From the NCBI GenBank assembly GCA_043732305.1, contig JAYTHU010000020.1:1-19087 (forward strand): a stretch of 19,087 nt of DNA, read 5' to 3'. A program made the translations under genes and the position numbers. Below the pieces are notes generated by a model. The model ran no database searches and was not told where the DNA came from. It saw only the letters and a program-made list of their open reading frames with translations. The stretch is from Oligoflexia bacterium. Its GTDB lineage: Bacteria > Bdellovibrionota > Bdellovibrionia > JABDDW01. Position 1 is the first letter of the stretch, and the number at the start of each line of letters is the position of its first letter. Below, in pieces: positions 7,345-14,842 of the stretch.

Positions 7345-9549
7345 ATGGCGATCAATCCACAATGTCATTTGATCACGGTCACTGGTGGTAAGGGTGGCGT
7401 GGGCAAAAGTATTTTTGCTGCAAATTTTGCGCAAGCAATGTTGCTTGAACTTAAAGCACGTGTGCTTTTGATTGATCTTGATGCGCAAAGTTGCGGAGAT
7501 CAAAATTTTATTCTTGGACTTAAACCACAAAAGACAATAACAGAAGTTTCCGTGTTTTCCGGTGGCATCGGTCAAGGAACTCTCGGAATGCTTGTGACCC
7601 CTCATGCAAGTGGGATTCATTATATTGCCGCTTCCAAATCCCCAAGTGATAATTTTGAAATAGACCCGACCTTGCTGAAGAAAGCTCTTGAAAATTTAAG
7701 TCATTTTTATCAGTACATTATTGTGGATATTGGAACGCAATTGGGAGAGGCGCAACTTGCCGCACTGGAGCTTTCATCAGTTTGTCTGACTATCGCCCAA
7801 CCGGAAATCCTGACAGTAAATCAGACTGCCAAAATGCTTTCCCAACTCATGACGATGATGTTTCCTCTCGATATGTTCCAGGTGATTTTAAATAAAGTAA
7901 GTCAATCGAGTCCCCTCAGTCAGCAGACAGCGTCGCAAATTTTAAGAAAAACTTTTTTGGGTGTCATTCCTCAAGATGATGTTGCCGCTTCGCAAGCATT
8001 GGCTCGCGCAACACCTTTTGTGGCTTCGCAACCGCGCTCACCAATGTCCATTGCTTACCATGAAATTGTAAGAAAACTTTCGCAAGGTGGAACCTTAGAA
8101 AAACTAAGACAACTCAACAAACCTAAAAATGCTCAAGCCCTCAACACTGGTGGAGCGCAAGTCAAAGCATTGGGTGCCGCAAGTTCGGTGGGTAGTCGCC
8201 CCGGTGGCGTGAATAAAAAAGATGCTGATGTCGATGAACGTACACTTCTCAAGCGGCGCCTGCACAAAGGTTTGATTGAAACGATGGATTTGAAAAAAGG
8301 AATCACCGACACTCAAGGCGATTCTGGTAAAGAAAACGAACTCCGAATCAAAACTCAACAAACTATCGCTGCGCTCTTAGAAAAAGAAAAATCACAAATA
8401 ACGAGAGAAGATCGTGGCGCTATAGTTAAGGAAGTTTTGGATGAAGCTTTGGGACTAGGGCCTCTCGAAGATTTACTGTCTGACCTGTCCGTTTCTGAAA
8501 TCATGGTGAACAGACGAGATCTTATTTACGTGGAAAAAAATGGTCGACTCATCAAAACTGATTTGAGTTTTTCCAGCAATCAACAATTGATGACTGTCAT
8601 CGAACGAATTGTCACTCCTCTCGGGCGCCGAATAGACGAAAAAACTCCTTACGTGGATGCTCGTCTCAAAGATGGCAGTCGCGTGAACGCCGTCATTCCA
8701 CCTCTTGCGCTGGACGGACCTTGCATAACCATTCGTAAATTTGCGAAAGTTCCAATCACTTACAAAGACTATGTGGGCTATGGAACAATGACCGATGCCA
8801 TGATCGATTTTCTAAGAATCTGCATAGAAAATAAACTCAATGTTGTCATCAGCGGCGGCACGGGTTCAGGTAAAACAACTTTGCTCAATGTGCTTTCAAG
8901 TTTCATTCCCGCAACAGAAAGAATTATCACGGTCGAAGATGCGGCAGAATTACAACTAAAACAAGAGCACGTGCTTCGTTTAGAAACCAAAGCGGCGAGC
9001 ATGGAGGGAACGGGTGCCGTCACCATTCGTGATCTCATTCGTAATACTTTGAGAATGCGCCCAGATAGAATTGTGGTAGGAGAGTGTCGCGGCGGAGAAG
9101 CGCTTGATATGCTTTCAGCCATGAACACAGGTCATGACGGAAGTTTAACAACTGTCCATGCAAACAGCCCACGTGAAGCAGTTAGTCGTTTAGAAACTTT
9201 ATGCCTCATGGCCGGAATGGATTTGCCTGCAAAAGCTATCCGTGAACAGATCGCAGGCGCCGTCGATTTATTTATTCAAATTTCTCGCTTGAGCGATGGT
9301 TCTCGAAAAATAATGAGCATCACTGAAGTTGTCGGCATGTCGGGTGAAGTGGTCACGCTTCAAGAAGTTTATCGATACAAAGAAGAAGGCATGGATAAAA
9401 ATAGAAAAATCATCGGGCAATTTCAATCTTCAGGGTTTGTTCCCACCTTTATCCAAGAATTCGAAAAAAAGGGAATCAAAGTTCCTCGCACTCTTTTCTC
9501 AGCTCCCGTGGTTACCCCCACACTTGCGAAAACGGGTACTGACAAATGA
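7345..9549 (+). CDS. tadA: CpaE/TadZ (MinD-like ATPase) - CpaF/TadA pilus assembly ATPase fusion
   Basis: N-terminal deviant Walker A GGKGGVGKS, LIDLD and IIVDIG (MinD/CpaE). C-terminal TadA: GLGPLEDLL..SEIMVN, VDARLKDGSRVNAVIPP, GGTGSGKTTLLN, EDAAEL, LRMRPDRIVVGECRG, MNTGHDGS.TTVHAN. RBS AGGAG. Confidence 0.95.
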   Translation: MAINPQCHLITVTGGKGGVGKSIFAANFAQAMLLELKARVLLIDLDAQSCGDQNFILGLKPQKTITEVSVFSGGIGQGTLGMLVTPHASGIHYIAASKSPSDNFEIDPTLLKKALENLSHFYQYIIVDIGTQLGEAQLAALELSSVCLTIAQPEILTVNQTAKMLSQLMTMMFPLDMFQVILNKVSQSSPLSQQTASQILRKTFLGVIPQDDVAASQALARATPFVASQPRSPMSIAYHEIVRKLSQGGTLEKLRQLNKPKNAQALNTGGAQVKALGAASSVGSRPGGVNKKDADVDERTLLKRRLHKGLIETMDLKKGITDTQGDSGKENELRIKTQQTIAALLEKEKSQITREDRGAIVKEVLDEALGLGPLEDLLSDLSVSEIMVNRRDLIYVEKNGRLIKTDLSFSSNQQLMTVIERIVTPLGRRIDEKTPYVDARLKDGSRVNAVIPPLALDGPCITIRKFAKVPITYKDYVGYGTMTDAMIDFLRICIENKLNVVISGGTGSGKTTLLNVLSSFIPATERIITVEDAAELQLKQEHVLRLETKAASMEGTGAVTIRDLIRNTLRMRPDRIVVGECRGGEALDMLSAMNTGHDGSLTTVHANSPREAVSRLETLCLMAGMDLPAKAIREQIAGAVDLFIQISRLSDGSRKIMSITEVVGMSGEVVTLQEVYRYKEEGMDKNRKIIGQFQSSGFVPTFIQEFEKKGIKVPRTLFSAPVVTPTLAKTGTDK

Positions 9550-10424
9550 TGGCCGTCTTCGGCTCTGAATGGTTTGTCATTCCGGGCGTGGGTTTAAGTC
9601 TATTTGTCATCACTTATTTGAACGCCGAGCGACTTCTTCGCTGGCTCAAAGATCAAAGTTTAGGCAATCGCGAATATGTCATAAAAAAATTAGATCTGAT
9701 GTTTGTTGAAGTCGATGCCAAAAAAGTAACCGGCGCTATGCTCATGGTGAGTTTTGGAATTGGTGGTTTGTTTTTTATTGTTCTCTATCCTCATGTGATC
9801 GCGGGACTTATTGTGGGATCGGTGGTCACAGTTTTGGGATGGAGACTTCCCAAGTTGCTAGTTGATATGTATGCGGGCCGCAGAGCCGGTGTATTTGTAG
9901 ACCAAATGGTCGACGGCCTCACGCTCATGTCGAGTGGATTAAAATCTGGCTTGAGTATCACGCAAGCGCTAAAAATTGTGGTCGACAATATGCCAGATCC
10001 AATCAGTCAAGAATTTGCACTTATGCTTTCTCAAAACCTAGTTGGTGTCAGTGTTGAGGAAGTTTTCAACGAACTTGCTAAAAGAATTCCTCGTCCCGAC
10101 GTTCAAATGTTTGTCATCGCCGTCAATCTGCTCAAAGACACTGGCGGTAACGTTTCCGAGACTTTTGACACGATCGTTAAAACAATCCGTGAAAGAGTAA
10201 AGATCGAAAAAAAGATATCTGCACTCACTGCACAGGGAGTCATGCAAGGAGCCATCATTTCTCTCATGCCGCTCGTTCTAATGATTATCATGTGGTTCAC
10301 CAATCGCTCGATGATTGAACCCATGTTCACCCGGCCCTTGGGCTGGCTACTTCTTAGCATTATGCTGATGCTTGAAATTATTGGTAGCATCATGATCCAA
10401 AAAATCGTTAAAATTAAGGTCTGA
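9546..10424 (+). CDS. tadB: Flp pilus inner-membrane platform protein TadB (T2SS F domain)
   Basis: Multiple TMs; FVDQMVDGLTLMSSGLKSGLSITQAL...PDPISQEF...TGGNVSETFD..VKTIRER..I..KISALTAQG; ATGA overlap with the tadA stop. Confidence 0.92.
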   Translation: MMAVFGSEWFVIPGVGLSLFVITYLNAERLLRWLKDQSLGNREYVIKKLDLMFVEVDAKKVTGAMLMVSFGIGGLFFIVLYPHVIAGLIVGSVVTVLGWRLPKLLVDMYAGRRAGVFVDQMVDGLTLMSSGLKSGLSITQALKIVVDNMPDPISQEFALMLSQNLVGVSVEEVFNELAKRIPRPDVQMFVIAVNLLKDTGGNVSETFDTIVKTIRERVKIEKKISALTAQGVMQGAIISLMPLVLMIIMWFTNRSMIEPMFTRPLGWLLLSIMLMLEIIGSIMIQKIVKIKV

Positions 10425-10489
10425 GGCCCATCTCAAAAGATGGCCAACACAGTCTCCTCTAATAACTCTAAAGACCGGAGTATTTTTTC

Positions 10490-12142
10490 ATGCGAAAGCT
10501 TGTTCTCACCAATGCGTTTTTTCTATCCTTCTTCCTGATTTTTCTAGGTTACCAAACTTCGTCACAAGCGTTGGTTGATTTAAAAAACGCGAACTTTGCC
10601 GACACCTGGGTGGATATGGTGGTCTCAGGCACCGGTTACGATTTGAAAATTCAAAGAGGTTACAACAGCCGAACTCTTTTTAACGGCATCTTTGGTTTTG
10701 GTTGGTGCACGGATTTTGAAACCAGTGTCAACGTGACTGCTGAAGGCAATCTTAAGTTTACGGATTGTGGTGCCGGTCCTGAAGTGACTTACGAAGCTCA
10801 GAATTTTTCCGAAAAAGATGTCGAAAAAACGATCAAACTTATTTTGGAAAAAGCGAAGAACGAGAATTCCAGCGGAACCGCCAGTTACCTCAGTGATCTC
10901 GATAAAAAGCTTCACACCGATGTGGCTTTGAGATCCGAATATGCAGCTAAGTATGGCATCACTAGACCCATTGCTGATAAGACAAAATATTTCGCCAATG
11001 GACGTGAAACCGATTTCATCGAAAAGCAAGGCAACTATTATGTGCGAGTGATTCCAGAGGGTGGAACTCAGAAATTCAAACTCAATGGAAAGTTGGAGAA
11101 ACTTTTTGATCGAAATGGAAATTTTCTCACTTTAAATTACGATGGAAAAACTTTGAAAGAAGTCATCGACAATAACGGACGTAAACTCACGTTCAGCTAT
11201 TTTGGAAATGGCAAAGTCCGCGCTATCAGTGGCCCAGGCAATGTGAAGACTGAGTATAAATATAAAAATCTCAATGATCTGATCTATGCTAAAACCGCTC
11301 AGAACAACGCCTTTAACTATGTTTATGATGATCTTCACAACATGATCAAGATCACCTATCCCGATAAAAGCACAAAAGAACTGACTTACAATAAAAACAA
11401 AGATTGGGTGACATCACTTAAAGATATCGACGGTTGCGTTGAATCTTATGAGTACGTTACATCAACGGATGATCCTAAAAATCACTTCTGGGCAAACGTT
11501 GTCAAAAAGTGCAAAGCAAAAATTGTTGTGCATGCCAAGTATGAATTTTGGTACGAGATGCGTTCAGACAAAAATGGTTTGTTCTTAAAAAAGAGCCGCA
11601 CTGTTGAAAACGAGCAAACAGTTGAGGTTGTTTACAACGATATTGGACGCCCACTCACCATCAACAAAAACAACAAGTACACAAAGTACGAGTACTTCGA
11701 TAACGGACTTCTTAAAAAGAAAATCACTCCCGATGGCGTCGTGACTGGTCTAAAATATGAAAATACATTCAAGAAAGTCAGTCGAGTGGAGCGTGCTGGA
11801 AAAGCGAGCGAATTCACATATGACGGTAAAGGCAATCTTGTTAAAGCTGTCAACACTGATGGCCAACGCATTACCCTTACCTACGATACCCACGGTCGCA
11901 TCATGACCATTGAAGATCAGGCGAAGAGAAAAGTCTTGGTCAAATATGACGAAAAATTTGGCAAACCGAATTATATTGAACGCGAAGGTCTTGGAGCAAT
12001 TTCAATTGCTTACAATGCTCGTGGAGAAGTTCAGCGTGTGATTTCTGGAAGCGGTGGAACAGTTGTGGCAAGTCAAGTCGCCACCACATTCTACAATTTG
12101 CTTGATTTGATCCAGCCTGCTGGGGTTACTCTCACGTTGTAA
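10490..12142 (+). CDS. Secreted DUF6531 / YD-repeat (RHS-like) protein without RHS core or toxin tail; probable counterpart of B. bacteriovorus Bd0109
   Basis: Signal peptide; N-terminal VDLKNANF...IQRGYNSR....GIFGFGW (DUF6531-like); repeated YDxxG-type units (LNYDGK, YVYDDLHN, YNDIGRP, YDGKGNL, YDTHGRI, YNARGEV); no PxxxxDPxG; directly after tadB. Confidence 0.85.
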   Translation: MRKLVLTNAFFLSFFLIFLGYQTSSQALVDLKNANFADTWVDMVVSGTGYDLKIQRGYNSRTLFNGIFGFGWCTDFETSVNVTAEGNLKFTDCGAGPEVTYEAQNFSEKDVEKTIKLILEKAKNENSSGTASYLSDLDKKLHTDVALRSEYAAKYGITRPIADKTKYFANGRETDFIEKQGNYYVRVIPEGGTQKFKLNGKLEKLFDRNGNFLTLNYDGKTLKEVIDNNGRKLTFSYFGNGKVRAISGPGNVKTEYKYKNLNDLIYAKTAQNNAFNYVYDDLHNMIKITYPDKSTKELTYNKNKDWVTSLKDIDGCVESYEYVTSTDDPKNHFWANVVKKCKAKIVVHAKYEFWYEMRSDKNGLFLKKSRTVENEQTVEVVYNDIGRPLTINKNNKYTKYEYFDNGLLKKKITPDGVVTGLKYENTFKKVSRVERAGKASEFTYDGKGNLVKAVNTDGQRITLTYDTHGRIMTIEDQAKRKVLVKYDEKFGKPNYIEREGLGAISIAYNARGEVQRVISGSGGTVVASQVATTFYNLLDLIQPAGVTLTL

Positions 12143-12444
12143 TGAAAAACTTCTTTTTGATCGCAAATATTTTTATTTTATCTCTTTCTCTCGTTGGAGT
12201 CGTGTCGCACGCAAGCGACTCGACAGTTCCATATGACATGGACACCACGGTTAGAGTTTCGAAAGATAAACTTGAATATGGAGAAGGAAGTTTGGGTAGG
12301 GCACCTTCAAGCTTGCGAGTCACTCAGCCTGGATACGGTTGTTTTTCTAGCGGCTGTAAATCCACGGTAATTCAAGTTGACGTCGTTAAACCTGAAGAAC
12401 CTTCTGCAGAAATTCCCGCAAAAGCTTCCGACAAAGTTCCCTGA
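12142..12444 (+). CDS. Small secreted protein; positional candidate for a Hit/Bd0108-like pilus regulator
   Basis: 100 aa; TAATG stop/start overlap with the YD-repeat gene; signal peptide ...VGVVSHA|S; S/T/P/G-rich mature region with one Cys pair (CFSSGC). The functional call rests on size and position only. Confidence 0.6.
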   Translation: MKNFFLIANIFILSLSLVGVVSHASDSTVPYDMDTTVRVSKDKLEYGEGSLGRAPSSLRVTQPGYGCFSSGCKSTVIQVDVVKPEEPSAEIPAKASDKVP

Positions 12445-12445
12445 C

Positions 12446-13009
12446 ATGAAATTACTGTTCTTAGTGATCACGCTTTTATTTGTAAATGCGGCATTAGCGG
12501 CAGGAATCTATGGGATTTATCCTGTGATCGATACTTTTTCCCCGCCAACAACCGTGGACAATGTTTGCCTGAGCAGTGATGGAACACGGTTCGAAACTAA
12601 GAATCCCGTGCGAGTCTGTTCTACCCAAATCTTCAAACAGTTGGCCTGCAGGTTTGGTGAAGTCGAAGTATGTCGAGTTTTGAAGCCAAATCAAAAGCCT
12701 CGCGGAATCGAATATCTTAAGATCGAGAGTGTTTGCACTCATTTCGCCTTTTCTAAATTAGCTTCGGTCTCAAGACTTCATTGGGTGACTGAATGTGGAG
12801 TGAATGACGCTAATCTTGAGATTGTGGGCCGGGGCGAATCTGCCTATCTTCACTGTAAGTTACTCACTCAGCGTTTAGCTACATGGCCTATCAACTACCC
12901 CTACACTGTCCTCCAATTCAATGGAGAGCTTCCTTCAGGTTCAATACCGAATGCCATCTTGTCTATACCAACCTGTCTAGAGTCTAATGGGCAGATGTCA
13001 AAACTCTAG
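12446..13009 (+). CDS. Secreted 8-Cys protein (paralogue A)
   Basis: ATG 12446, 1 nt after the previous stop, gives signal peptide MKLLFLVITLLFVNAALA|A; 187 aa; 8 Cys; aligns by eye to 13391..14017. The ORF track start at 12377 overlaps the upstream gene and is disfavoured. Confidence 0.75.
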   Translation: MKLLFLVITLLFVNAALAAGIYGIYPVIDTFSPPTTVDNVCLSSDGTRFETKNPVRVCSTQIFKQLACRFGEVEVCRVLKPNQKPRGIEYLKIESVCTHFAFSKLASVSRLHWVTECGVNDANLEIVGRGESAYLHCKLLTQRLATWPINYPYTVLQFNGELPSGSIPNAILSIPTCLESNGQMSKL

Positions 13010-13036
13010 ACGTTTCAAAATTAAAATACTAAGTAA

Positions 13037-13079
13037 TTTCAATAACTTAAGATGGCTGTTCCCTGGCATGTTCATTGTA
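13037..13079 (+). promoter_or_regulatory. Putative IHF site plus sigma54 (-24/-12)-like promoter
   Basis: TTTCAATAACTTA (13037-13049) is 1 mismatch from the IHF consensus WATCAANNNNTTR. TGGCATG-TTCA-TTGTA (13064-13079) resembles TGGCACG-N4-TTGCW with correct spacing but GT instead of GC at -12. The predicted start (~13090) is just before AGGAGG. Confidence 0.5.
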
Positions 13080-13106
13080 ATAGATGAGTGTAGGAGGATG
13101 GTATTT

Positions 13107-13301
13107 ATGATTAAATCTATAATGTTCGTGTCGGGTTTTATGGTGATGCTGCAGCTGACAGTTGCGACTGCTGCCGGATGCGACAAGGTCCCAAATAATC
13201 AACTCACTAGCTCTGTAGGCGCCTACACCGGCAACAATGCCCCAGCCAAGCAGAACGAATCTGGACGAACTGATACTAGCACTCAGGGAACCCATCCCTA
13301 A
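13107..13301 (+). CDS. Small secreted (possibly lipo-) peptide with a disordered tail
   Basis: Perfect RBS AGGAGG (13092-13097) 9 nt before ATG 13107; 64 aa MIKSIMFVSGFMVMLQLTVATAAG-CDKVPNNQLTSS...TQGTHP; the mature part is polar and low-complexity with one Cys. Confidence 0.7.
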   Translation: MIKSIMFVSGFMVMLQLTVATAAGCDKVPNNQLTSSVGAYTGNNAPAKQNESGRTDTSTQGTHP

Positions 13302-13323
13302 CTTCTAAGCCATTTGCTTTATA

Positions 13324-13352
13324 TTGACTCCGTTTTGGTTAACTATTACCTT
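13324..13352 (+). promoter_or_regulatory. Possible sigma70 promoter for paralogue B
   Basis: TTGACT (13324-13329) - 17 nt - TACCTT (13347-13352). Confidence 0.35.
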
Positions 13353-13390
13353 TTTACATAGTCAAACCAACAACCAGAATGGGGTCGAAT

Positions 13391-14017
13391 ATGAAAAAGC
13401 TACTAGGAGTATCCGTTTACGCTGTTTTTGCCTTGATTGCTTCCGCAAGTCTTAATGCACATGCATTGACTGGTGATCTAGATGCCTCTTGGGCTGATGT
13501 TGAAGCCAATAAATTTGTCGAGATCGAATGGCCATCGGTTGTCGTCGGGAATGTCTCGACCACGATCAACAATGTTTGTTCCAACGGAATGGGCTTAAGA
13601 ACAATTAACCCTGTTCCTGCTTGCCTGCAAACCGTAGTTGTTTCCAGAGAAGTATGCACCGTGACTGGTGAGGCTACGCTTTGTCATTCAGTCGCAGCAG
13701 GTTATACTCCTCAAGTTTCAGAAAATTATCGCGAAGAAACCAAATGCACTCAAATGGGAACTGCAAGTGCTATGACGGAAACTCGTCAGTATGAAGTCAT
13801 GGATTGTGTGGATGCTGATGGCCATGACGCTTGGACATATGCTCCGGCTGGTCAAGCAGCCAGTGGTCCAACTTGCAAGGGTGGATTCCAATCCGTTGTT
13901 CGTGAGATCCCATTGTGTTTTGATGTTCATGTTATTCGCGCGGGTTCAAATCATGCTGAAGGTGGTTCGCAATCTGTAGGTTACAAAACTTTTGTAATCG
14001 GTCGCTGCGGATATTAA
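13391..14017 (+). CDS. Secreted Cys-rich protein (paralogue B)
   Basis: GGGG RBS before ATG 13391 (alternative ATG 13379); signal peptide ...ASLNAHA|L; 9 Cys, 8 of which align with paralogue A. Confidence 0.8.
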   Translation: MKKLLGVSVYAVFALIASASLNAHALTGDLDASWADVEANKFVEIEWPSVVVGNVSTTINNVCSNGMGLRTINPVPACLQTVVVSREVCTVTGEATLCHSVAAGYTPQVSENYREETKCTQMGTASAMTETRQYEVMDCVDADGHDAWTYAPAGQAASGPTCKGGFQSVVREIPLCFDVHVIRAGSNHAEGGSQSVGYKTFVIGRCGY

Positions 14018-14035
14018 TTATCCGCAGGTGATTTT
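14005..14035. terminator. Hairpin at a convergent gene junction, probable (bidirectional) terminator
   Basis: Perfect 9-bp stem CTGCGGATA (14005-14013) / TATCCGCAG (14019-14027); the loop contains the TAA stop; followed by GTGATTTTT. Confidence 0.6.
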
Positions 14036-14403
14036 TAGTGCGGTTTTTGAGTGAGAGATTTTGAATGGGGAAGGATCACGGGATCGTCCCCATTGTCATT
14101 TTCAGAGTCTTTTGCATTGTAACGTTTGATATTCATACCAATGCCACGCTCATCTTTGGCGTGATGTTTACCGAACTTATTAAGCGTCGCTTGAATAGTT
14201 CCGTGCATTTTTTTGTAACCTGTTCTGGTCACTGCGATTCCACCATCGATAGAAGTTTGAATGTAATCAACAAAAACAGATTCTGCCAGCCAAGCATGGA
14301 GATTTTGATCTAGAGTTTTTTCTCCTACTTTGAATTGCATGACTAGCACCACGAGAATGGTGAGGCCCAACATTTTTACCATGAAGAAAAAATCCTTGAT
14401 CAT
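14035..14403 (-). CDS. Hypothetical membrane-anchored protein, probably cotranscribed with cheY
   Basis: 122 aa; N-terminal TM (LGLTILVVLVMQ); RBS GGAGG upstream; 13 nt downstream of the cheY stop. Confidence 0.75.
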   Translation of the reverse strand: MIKDFFFMVKMLGLTILVVLVMQFKVGEKTLDQNLHAWLAESVFVDYIQTSIDGGIAVTRTGYKKMHGTIQATLNKFGKHHAKDERGIGMNIKRYNAKDSENDNGDDPVILPHSKSLTQKPH

Positions 14404-14416
14404 AGATCCTCCGTGT

Positions 14417-14785
14417 TTATTCCTTAAAAAGCTTTGCTACGACATCGTTGACTTGTTTCACATCGAACGGCTTATTGATAAATGCTTCCGCGCCGGCTTC
14501 CATTACTTTTAACAACATATTTTCTTGATCGAGTGTGCTGCACGCAATAACTCTAATTTCTGGATGCAGCTCTTTTATTTCGATCGTTGCCTGCACACCA
14601 CTTTTCAGAGGCATGACAATGTCCATGATAATCAAATCAGGCTTCAGTTTAAGAGCTTTATCAACGGCTTCAATGCCGTTCTCGGCCTCGCCGACCACTG
14701 TATGGCCGCCTTTTGTAAAAATTTGCCGGAGTATGTCCCGAACAAAAGGAGCATCATCGACAAGGAGGACATTGAGCTTTCTCAT
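14417..14785 (-). CDS. cheY: Single-domain response regulator (CheY-like)
   Basis: 122 aa; LLVDDAPFVR, DLIIMDIVMP (phospho-Asp), IACST, FINKPF; no output domain. Confidence 0.88.
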   Translation of the reverse strand: MRKLNVLLVDDAPFVRDILRQIFTKGGHTVVGEAENGIEAVDKALKLKPDLIIMDIVMPLKSGVQATIEIKELHPEIRVIACSTLDQENMLLKVMEAGAEAFINKPFDVKQVNDVVAKLFKE

Positions 14786-14791
14786 ATTGAT

Positions 14792-14821
14792 AGTATAGAC
14801 TCTCTCTGTGCACTAAGACAA
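14792..14821 (-). promoter_or_regulatory. Probable sigma70 promoter giving a leaderless cheY transcript
   Basis: Minus strand TTGTCT (14821-14816) - 18 nt - TATACT (14797-14792) - 6 nt - ATG (14785); no Shine-Dalgarno. Confidence 0.55.
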
Positions 14822-14842
14822 ACCGGTAAATAGAAGGAACGC

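Noticed and set aside
10490..12444. RHS toxin-immunity pair
   Set aside because: No RHS core or DPxG motif and no toxin tail; the protein is short and Sec-exported, and the context fits a Bd0109-like role.
13981..13997. Perfect palindrome TTACAAAA-C-TTTTGTAA
   Set aside because: AT-rich, inside coding sequence near a 3' end with no adjacent promoter; likely chance.
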